Assembly (NCBI GenBank): GCA_963932905.1
Contig: CAWVRN010000050.1
Coordinates: 1 to 13,419 of the forward strand
DNA: 13,419 bases
Source: an uncultured Bdellovibrio sp.
GTDB lineage: Bacteria; Bdellovibrionota; Bdellovibrionia; Bdellovibrionales; Bdellovibrionaceae
Reading direction: 5' to 3'
The translations under genes were made by a program, and so were the position numbers. Below the pieces are notes generated by a model that had not been told where the DNA came from, ran no database searches, and was given only the letters and a program-made list of their open reading frames with translations. Positions 8,208 through 13,419 of the stretch are shown piece after piece; within the stretch, counting starts at the first letter, position 1; every line of letters begins with the position of its first letter.

Positions 8208-9110
8208 CTACACTCTTAATTCCTTCTGAGGAAAATGATTCTGTTTAAGTCCCATCGAAGGCGAGTTTACTTTTGTCACCTGACGACCATTTCGACTTAA
8301 AGCCAAATGGAATGCGTCGGCCAAGTTTGCCTTCGTGGCAACACCGCCTAGATCCACACCTAAATGCACGATCGTCGCTGCTATCTGTGGACGAATACCG
8401 CTAATGATACATTCTGCACCCATCAAACGTGCCGCAGTCACGGTCTTAATTAAATGTTGAGCCACCAATGTGTCTACTGTAGGAACACCGGTAATATCAA
8501 TGATCGCTATTTCACTTCCTGTCGTCATGATTCGCTCTAATAAATTTTCCATTACTACTTGGGTACGGCTGCTATCTAAGGTTCCTATCATTGGCAAAGC
8601 CAAAATCCCATCCCAAAGTTTTACCACGGGAGTTGATAATTCTAACATTTCTTCTTGTTGGCGCGTGATAATTTCATCACGTGTTTTTTGGTAAGATTCA
8701 GTAGTAAATAGTCCTAATTGATCTAAAAGTGTAGTCGTGCTTAACAGCGCTTCGATTAAAACTTGAGGTTTAGATTCGTACTCTTTACGAAGCAACCGAA
8801 ACAACGGACGTTTTAGTGAAAACACGAACATAGCCGTTTCCGTTGGTGAAAACCCTTGAAGTCCACGTGTGCGAGAAATTTCGCTCAAGATTTTTTTTAC
8901 TGGTTCCCAACGAACGCCTACCAAATGTTCCACATTCCCATCTTGGACGGCATCTACTAAAAGTTTTAAGAAGTCAGCACTTTGATTTTTCAATTCAGAC
9001 GCAGAAATTTTTGCACCAATCAGTTTACTTTGTTCTTCGATCCAATCGTTTAGCAATTGCGCCTCTTGTTTACGTAACAAAACCGGCAATTGAGCATTGA
9101 GTTCAGACAT
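8208..9110 (-). CDS. rsbR: Stressosome scaffold/sensor RsbR (N-terminal RsbRD_N-like helical domain plus STAS), 300 aa
   Basis: ATG at 9110 preceded by AAAGGGG. Motifs SRTRGLQGFSPTETAMFVFSLK, ELSTPVVKLWDGILALPMIGTLDS, IIDITGVPTVDTLVAQHL (conserved phospho-Thr) and SGIRPQIAATIVHLG. Confidence 0.95.
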   Translation of the reverse strand: MSELNAQLPVLLRKQEAQLLNDWIEEQSKLIGAKISASELKNQSADFLKLLVDAVQDGNVEHLVGVRWEPVKKILSEISRTRGLQGFSPTETAMFVFSLKRPLFRLLRKEYESKPQVLIEALLSTTTLLDQLGLFTTESYQKTRDEIITRQQEEMLELSTPVVKLWDGILALPMIGTLDSSRTQVVMENLLERIMTTGSEIAIIDITGVPTVDTLVAQHLIKTVTAARLMGAECIISGIRPQIAATIVHLGVDLGGVATKANLADAFHLALSRNGRQVTKVNSPSMGLKQNHFPQKELRV

Positions 9111-9422
9111 GAAAACCCCTTTTGTAGTGTAAGTTGGACAAATCGCTACACTGTAGGGCGTAACACGCCCACAGATCTGCACAAAGGTATTTAATTTTTT
9201 TCGAAATCCTGTCCCCATTCTGCCCCATCAAGATACAGCTGAAATGAAAATTACACAGTCGAACGGCACCACACGCGGTTTGAGTGAAATTATGGATAAA
9301 TCATGGAAAGACGGAATTGAATTTTTTATTCCACTTCCGATTACAGATTCCATATTTCTTACTTATTTTATTGGCACAATGAATTCACAACACAAGGAGC
9401 GAGTCCTTGAAGGAGTTACAGT

Positions 9423-9827
9423 ATGAAATGGATAATGTACGCATCAATTATGCTTTCGGTTTTACCAGCCATGGCGCAAAATCACCACGGTGGTGGGCGT
9501 CCCCGTATGCAACTGTCTGATGAACAAAAACAGTGCTTATCTGGAATTTTGGGCGAACCGGGACAAGGTGAACGCCCAACTCACAAAGCTATGCAAAACG
9601 CACTTCATCAATGCGGAATTTTGAAAAGTGACAACTCAAATCAAGAGAATGATAGCGATAGACCAGTTGGCCCACCACCAAATTTAACTGAAGAGCAACT
9701 AAGCTGCTTAGAAAACAAACTCGGCAAATTTGGCGAAGGTGAACGCCCTTCTGACGAAGCCTTCAAGCAAGCACACGCGGACTGCGGAGTCGAGATGCCG
9801 CAACAACGGAGTTCACAAAATCAATAG
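9423..9827 (+). CDS. Small secreted protein (134 aa) with two tandem ~36-aa Cys-paired repeats
   Basis: SD AAGGAG at 9410..9415. Signal peptide ending PAMA|Q. Repeats LSDEQKQCL...GERP...QCGI and LTEEQLSCL...GERP...DCGV. Confidence 0.85.
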   Translation: MKWIMYASIMLSVLPAMAQNHHGGGRPRMQLSDEQKQCLSGILGEPGQGERPTHKAMQNALHQCGILKSDNSNQENDSDRPVGPPPNLTEEQLSCLENKLGKFGEGERPSDEAFKQAHADCGVEMPQQRSSQNQ

Positions 9828-9839
9828 CGTTTTTACGTT

Positions 9840-9887
9840 AGGCCTGGGCTTTTTGCGTTTACGGCGAGGGCCTGGGCCTTTCATTTT
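9840..9887 (+). terminator. Probable intrinsic terminator after the 134-aa gene
   Basis: AGGCCUGGGCUUUU (9840..9853) pairs with GAGGGCCUGGGCCU (9866..9879) using several G.U pairs and is followed by UUCAUUUU. The G.U pairs form only on the plus-strand RNA. Confidence 0.6.
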
Positions 9888-9922
9888 ATGGCGCGACATT
9901 ATTATTTTTTTGTGACCTTCAC

Positions 9923-9951
9923 TTGCCGACGGACGGCTCTTAAAATATAAT
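9923..9951 (+). promoter_or_regulatory. sigma70-type promoter of the hlyIII/trhA gene (near-leaderless)
   Basis: TTGCCG (9923..9928), 17-bp spacer, TATAAT (9946..9951). The ATG is at 9960, only 8 nt downstream, with no SD. Confidence 0.65.
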
Positions 9952-9959
9952 TTTGAAAT

Positions 9960-10829
9960 ATGAATACAGAACTTTGGGGCTTTGCAGACCCGATCAGCAG
10001 TTGGTCGCATTTTTTAGGTGCATTTGCGGGATTTATTGGAACTTATTTTCTAGTCACACGTGCTCAAGGCAATCCATGGCGAATCTTTGCTTTGTGTGTT
10101 TACAGTTTTACTGTGGTCTTTTTATTTTCAATGAGTGCCGTCTTTCATTTATTGCCACGAGAAACATTAGGTCGCCATGTTTTAGTACGTTTGGATCACG
10201 CGGCTATTTGGTGTTTGATTGCCGGTACATTTACACCAATACATTCTATTTTGTTTCGAGGCGCTTGGCGTTGGTTAGTGCTTTTGTTTATTTGGATAGT
10301 CGCTATCACGGGATTAGTTTTAGAAGTCGTTTTCTTCACCAGCTTTCCAGAATGGTTGGCATTGTCGTTTTTCCTAGGACTAGGCTGGGTTGGTGCCCTG
10401 ACTCGCTATAAATTCCTTCAGAATTATCCAAAGCACAGTTCACGTTATCTGTTATTTGGTGCGTTTGCCTACACTATTGGCGCTATTGTCGATTTTAATC
10501 GTTGGTTTATTATTTGGCCGACTTATTTTGGTTCGCACGAATTTTTTCATATCATGATTTTGGTTGGTGCAGCATCGCACTGGGCATTTATTTATAAATG
10601 GTCCAATCATCCTGTGTCGGATCGTTTTGTCTGCGATGTTCGTATCCTATCCAATGGATGGTATATGCTATCGTCGCCCAATGACAATATTTCTATAAAA
10701 TCACAATCTCTAGAAAGCTTAAAGGAAAAAGCAACTGCAGAAATTGAAAAACGCTTTCACCACCGATTTCATTTTGAAATTATCTTTCGTTATTTCAATG
10801 AAGAGCATTTGGTCTTTGATCGGAATTAG
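9960..10829 (+). CDS. Hemolysin III / PAQR family membrane protein (TrhA-like) with extra soluble C-terminal domain, 289 aa
   Basis: About seven hydrophobic segments. PAQR motifs SSWSH, SAVFH, LDHAAI and HEFFH. A ~70-aa hydrophilic C-terminal extension follows. Confidence 0.9.
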   Translation: MNTELWGFADPISSWSHFLGAFAGFIGTYFLVTRAQGNPWRIFALCVYSFTVVFLFSMSAVFHLLPRETLGRHVLVRLDHAAIWCLIAGTFTPIHSILFRGAWRWLVLLFIWIVAITGLVLEVVFFTSFPEWLALSFFLGLGWVGALTRYKFLQNYPKHSSRYLLFGAFAYTIGAIVDFNRWFIIWPTYFGSHEFFHIMILVGAASHWAFIYKWSNHPVSDRFVCDVRILSNGWYMLSSPNDNISIKSQSLESLKEKATAEIEKRFHHRFHFEIIFRYFNEEHLVFDRN

Positions 10830-10897
10830 ACCGGAAAAATCATTTCTATATTTTTCTGATGCTTTCTGCCAAGTCCTTTTACTCATCAAATTATTTC

Positions 10898-10941
10898 CTG
10901 ACGTTTCATATAGTTCATGCTAGGATGAACCATATGAAACG
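10898..10941 (+). promoter_or_regulatory. Promoter plus palindromic operator (copy 1) overlapping the regulator start
   Basis: Inverted repeat CGTTTCATATAGTTCAT (10902..10918), GCTAGG spacer, ATGAACCATATGAAACG (10925..10941), 16/17 match. -35 CTGACG (10898..10903), 17-bp spacer, extended -10 TGcTAGGAT (10918..10926), ATG at 10934. Confidence 0.75.
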
Positions 10942-11443
10942 GAAGAATCAAACACAAAAATCTTTCAAGAATTTGCAAAAGCTTTCTCTTTCCATTGGCG
11001 ACTTCATTAGATATTGGGGATTTCGCCGTATACACGGTGCCATTTGGACGCAGCTATATTTATCGAAAACTCCACTCAGCTGCACAGATTTAACCGTACG
11101 TTTAGATCTATCCAAAGCTCTTGTTAGTCCCGCCTTAGAAGAGCTATGTCAGTACAACCTAATTACCGAGGCTCCGGCGCCCAATGAAAAAACAAAAGTT
11201 TACGAAGCCTGTAAAAACATAAATGAAGTCATTTTACATGTCTTAAAAACAAGAGAGGCCAAAATACTCGACCAAATCAATAACGACTTCTCTGCGTTAA
11301 CAGAAACCGAAAATGAATCCGCGGCGATCGACAGCACTAAACTAAAATCGTTGGGAAAAATGATTATTTCCGCCAATTTAATGCTAGAAATAATGTTAGC
11401 TCAAAAAAATATTTTAAACTTGCCGTTTGAGTTAGAAAAATAG
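10934..11443 (+). CDS. GbsR/MarR-family winged-helix transcriptional regulator (~169 aa)
   Basis: IGDFIRYWGFRRIHGAIWTQLYLSKTPLSCTDLTVRLDLSKALVSPALEEL fits the GbsR-type N-terminus plus wHTH. Start placed at 10934 (alternative 10925) from promoter geometry. Confidence 0.85.
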   Translation: MKRKNQTQKSFKNLQKLSLSIGDFIRYWGFRRIHGAIWTQLYLSKTPLSCTDLTVRLDLSKALVSPALEELCQYNLITEAPAPNEKTKVYEACKNINEVILHVLKTREAKILDQINNDFSALTETENESAAIDSTKLKSLGKMIISANLMLEIMLAQKNILNLPFELEK

Positions 11444-11496
11444 CTTAAGCTTAGCCACCGAAAACAAATAAACCAAATTCGATGGGCAGCTTAAGC
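11443..11496. terminator. Imperfect long hairpin between convergent genes (possible bidirectional terminator)
   Basis: GCTTAAGCT (11443..11451) pairs with AGCTTAAGC (11488..11496), with inner pairings CA/TG and CGAA/TTCG. No classical U-tract directly after the stem. Confidence 0.35.
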
Positions 11497-11901
11497 CTTG
11501 TTTACCTCGCAGTAAGGACTATCTTTACAAAGATCTGCGGCTTTGTTCCGTGGTAAAAACGGTCGGATTTTTGCGAATACAGAATAACCTAGATCCAAGC
11601 CTTTATGCACAACTGCGTTCTTCGCGACAACAGCTACCAGTTTATATTTTGGTAAGACCGACCATATTTCAATGAATGCATCCACCCGCGTGGCAAGGCT
11701 GCCGTCCCTACGCCGAACGTGCATAATTTTATGTACCTGAAGGGGATCAAGGCCTTCTTTAGCGGCATCAAACCCGTTTGCGCAGATATCGATAAACTCA
11801 ATAGATTCAGAACCAGCTTGTCGCCTGTAATGATCCATCTCTTTACCGCAAAGAACACAAAGGCCATCATAATAAACTTTTAAATTTTGTTCTGTTTCCA
11901 T
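11491..11901 (-). CDS. DCC1-like thiol-disulfide oxidoreductase (DUF393), ~136 aa
   Basis: VYYDGLCVLC (DxxCxxC) motif, IEFIDI, MHVRRRDG...VDAFIEIWSVLP and YSVFAKIR. Start at 11901 (alternative 11910), because the track's longer N-terminus overlaps the divergent gene. Confidence 0.9.
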   Translation of the reverse strand: METEQNLKVYYDGLCVLCGKEMDHYRRQAGSESIEFIDICANGFDAAKEGLDPLQVHKIMHVRRRDGSLATRVDAFIEIWSVLPKYKLVAVVAKNAVVHKGLDLGYSVFAKIRPFLPRNKAADLCKDSPYCEVNKA

Positions 11902-11937
11902 ATTGTTCATGGTACTATGAACAATATGGAAAGTAAA
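11895..11937. promoter_or_regulatory. Palindromic operator (copy 2) with overlapping divergent promoters
   Basis: Perfect 16-bp inverted repeat TTTCCATATTGTTCAT (11895..11910), GGTACT spacer, ATGAACAATATGGAAA (11917..11932). Minus strand: TTTACT-17-TACCAT, 7 nt, ATG 11901. Plus strand: extended -10 TGgTACTAT (11910..11918), 7 nt, ATG 11926. Confidence 0.8.
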
Positions 11938-12006
11938 GTTAAAACAATAAAAAACGTTTCGAAATGGATCTATTCGGAACCCAAGCCGGACCATAAGGAG
12001 TATTGA
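11926..12006 (+). CDS. Putative 26-aa leaderless leader peptide MESKVKTIKNVSKWIYSEPKPDHKEY
   Basis: The ATG sits at the predicted transcription start. The frame is open through the ABC1 SD and stops (TGA 12004..12006) 1 nt before the ABC1 ATG. No homology evidence. Confidence 0.3.
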   Translation: MESKVKTIKNVSKWIYSEPKPDHKEY

Positions 12007-12007
12007 A

Positions 12008-13312
12008 ATGAAGTCATCCACTTTTAGTAGATCGTTAGAACTAGCCAAATTGGTGGCTAAAGTTGGACTCTCTGAACTTCGGTCAGGAGATATGAAATCT
12101 CGTTTTGATCAGGCCGTTATGATTGCTAATAGTCTATCGGGACTAAAAGGGGCCGCTATGAAAGCGGGTCAACTTTTAAGTTTGGATTTAGATAACTATT
12201 TTCCGCCCGAAGCCATAGAGATATTAAGCCAGTTACAAAACGCGGCTGTAGCTCATCCATTTTCAGAAATCGAAACCGTGTTAAACAATGAACTCTCTAG
12301 TGAAACGAAACGCCTTTTAACTTCTATTTCTCCGTTACCGATCGGGGTCGCCAGCATTGCCCAAGTTCATAAAGCAAAACACAATGGCCATGATGTGGTG
12401 TTAAAAGTTCAGTACCCAGGCGTGGGTGATTCGATAGATTCTGATTTGAAAATTCTTAAAACAGTGGCGGTTTCTTTTTGCCAATTGACCGGACGAAAGA
12501 TGAATTTGGATCCTTTGTTTCAGGAATTTCGCACGATCCTTACTCAAGAGGTCAACTATTTAATCGAAGCGGATTTTCAAAAACAATACAAAGAAAGTAT
12601 TTCCAGATTGAACGCCTCGAGTATCTATCAATATCGCGTACCACAAGTTATTGACGAATTGTCGACTCAACACCTTTTAACGATGGAATTCGAAAAAGGT
12701 GTGAGCCTACGATCATGGATTGCCAGCAAACCTAATCCTGAGGATCGAAATGAATTAGCTAGTGCCGTTTTGAATTTATATTTTCATGAATTTTTCCAGT
12801 GGGGTTTAGTGCAAACAGATCCCAATTGGGGAAATTTTCTAGTCGACACTAAAGATTCGAAACTCACTTTGGTATTGCTTGATTTTGGCGCAACTCGCAA
12901 ATACACGCCGGAATTTATTAAAAACTATATTCTATTATTGAATCTAGCTGCCGACAAAAACTCAGCGGCTTTAAAGCAGCATGCGATTCAATTCGGACTT
13001 ATCGATAGCCGCGAGTCCGCGGCTGCGTTCAAAGCTCTTGAAGTTATGCTTTCCACAGCCATTAAACCTTTCTTCACAAAAAATTCAGGTAAAACAACGT
13101 TCGATTTTGCCGATCGGAATCATACATTGGATTCACAAAATGCGGCCAAGATGTTGACCGATGAATTAGTATACAGCGCACCTCCGTATCAACTGATGTT
13201 TCTTCATAGAAAACTAGCCGGAGTGTACTCGATATTGAAATCGCTTGAGGTTAAATTGGATATTTCATCCTACTGGCAGAAAATGACAGACTTGGCTGAA
13301 GGCAATCACTAG
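12008..13312 (+). CDS. ABC1/UbiB (COQ8-like) atypical protein kinase, 434 aa
   Basis: SD TAAGGAG at 11994..12000. KxGQ motif (LKGAAMKAGQ), ASIAQVH, VLKVQYPGV, QTDPNWGNF and LLDFGA. Confidence 0.93.
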   Translation: MKSSTFSRSLELAKLVAKVGLSELRSGDMKSRFDQAVMIANSLSGLKGAAMKAGQLLSLDLDNYFPPEAIEILSQLQNAAVAHPFSEIETVLNNELSSETKRLLTSISPLPIGVASIAQVHKAKHNGHDVVLKVQYPGVGDSIDSDLKILKTVAVSFCQLTGRKMNLDPLFQEFRTILTQEVNYLIEADFQKQYKESISRLNASSIYQYRVPQVIDELSTQHLLTMEFEKGVSLRSWIASKPNPEDRNELASAVLNLYFHEFFQWGLVQTDPNWGNFLVDTKDSKLTLVLLDFGATRKYTPEFIKNYILLLNLAADKNSAALKQHAIQFGLIDSRESAAAFKALEVMLSTAIKPFFTKNSGKTTFDFADRNHTLDSQNAAKMLTDELVYSAPPYQLMFLHRKLAGVYSILKSLEVKLDISSYWQKMTDLAEGNH

Positions 13313-13331
13313 ATGACGATACAACGTTTAT

Positions 13332-13345
13332 GAACTGGCCCCTTA
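13332..13345. repeat. 14-bp sequence GAACTGGCCCCTTA, exact inverted copy of 39..52
   Basis: Direct reading. It begins 19 nt after the ABC1 stop codon. Confidence 0.55.
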
Positions 13346-13359
13346 GCCTGCGGCTAAGG
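13341..13359. other. GC-rich stem-loop downstream of the ABC1 gene (terminator-like or REP-like)
   Basis: CCTTAGCC-TGC-GGCTAAGG forms an 8-bp perfect stem. There is no U-tract on either side. Confidence 0.4.
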
Positions 13360-13419
13360 CCAAGTAAAATATCGTCAAATCAAGTGAATTTAAAACGTGC
13401 TATCTAAAACCCAGAAAGA

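Noticed and set aside
3333..9100. Short ORFs inside the rsb/kinase operon (3333..3608, 4485..4676, 6352..6597, 7096..7311, 7941..8219, 8470..8694, 8843..9100)
   Set aside because: They overlap well-supported conserved genes and are typical shadow ORFs.
9111..9218. 36-aa N-terminal extension of RsbR in the ORF track
   Set aside because: The ATG at 9110 has an SD and gives a normal RsbR length. The extension is probably leader or promoter sequence.
9371..9387. TTGGCAC as a possible sigma54 -24 element
   Set aside because: The -12 position reads ATTCA and lacks the conserved GC.
9244..9426. 60-aa ORF whose stop overlaps the 134-aa gene start
   Set aside because: It has no SD or recognisable features and spans the AT-rich divergent promoter region. 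The downstream gene has its own strong SD.
9827..9881. Apparent direct repeat GCGTTT..ACG..GGCCTGGGC (twice)
   Set aside because: Largely explained by the quasi-palindromic arms of the terminator hairpin. Two units only, so not a CRISPR or tandem array.
9730..10411. ORFs 9730..9915, 9813..10010 and 9953..10411
   Set aside because: They overlap real genes, a terminator and a promoter. The basic KGPGPRRKRKKPRP stretch is just the translated hairpin.
10886..10922. Antisense -10 (TAGCAT) plus ATG giving a 7-aa ORF MKRQEII from operator copy 1
   Set aside because: It follows automatically from the palindrome, has no -35 or extended -10, and has no gene to drive.
10859..12048. Track N-terminal extensions of the regulator (from 10859) and DUF393 (from 12048), which share 'TFHIVH..MN.M'; also ORF 11634..11870
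   Set aside because: The shared peptide is the translated DNA operator rather than a protein motif. The extensions run through promoters or overlap the ABC1 gene. ORF 11634..11870 is an alternate-frame shadow.

Overview
Gene-dense, AT-rich bacterial window with no transposase, integrase, rRNA, tRNA or CRISPR array recognisable by eye. The secreted Gly/Gln-rich protein and the gene mix suggest a Bdellovibrionota-like Gram-negative host (inference only). The left part (minus strand, 9110->2603) is a tightly coupled stressosome operon: rsbR, rsbS, rsbT, an RsbT-like/PP2C (RsbX-type) phosphatase, and two hybrid histidine kinases. No sigmaB, RsbV, RsbW or HPt gene is present in the window. Downstream lie a Spy/CpxP-like periplasmic protein and a 650-aa secreted protein with 21 uninterrupted Gly-X-Y triplets. 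A small secreted protein with two Cys-paired repeats is divergent from rsbR. The right part holds a HlyIII/TrhA (PAQR) protein with an apparent C-terminal HicB-like domain, a GbsR/MarR regulator, a DUF393 (DCC) thiol-disulfide oxidoreductase and a COQ8/ABC1 kinase. The strongest unannotated signal is a ~30-40 bp palindrome (CATATWGTTCAT-N6-ATGAACMATATG) found twice. Each copy contains the -10 box and the start ATG of an apparently leaderless gene, and the second copy also looks like a bidirectional promoter. Together these define a probable small GbsR-type regulon. Other oddities are a possible frameshift or coupling mini-ORF at the rsbT/rsbX junction and a 14-bp inverted repeat at the two ends of the window.
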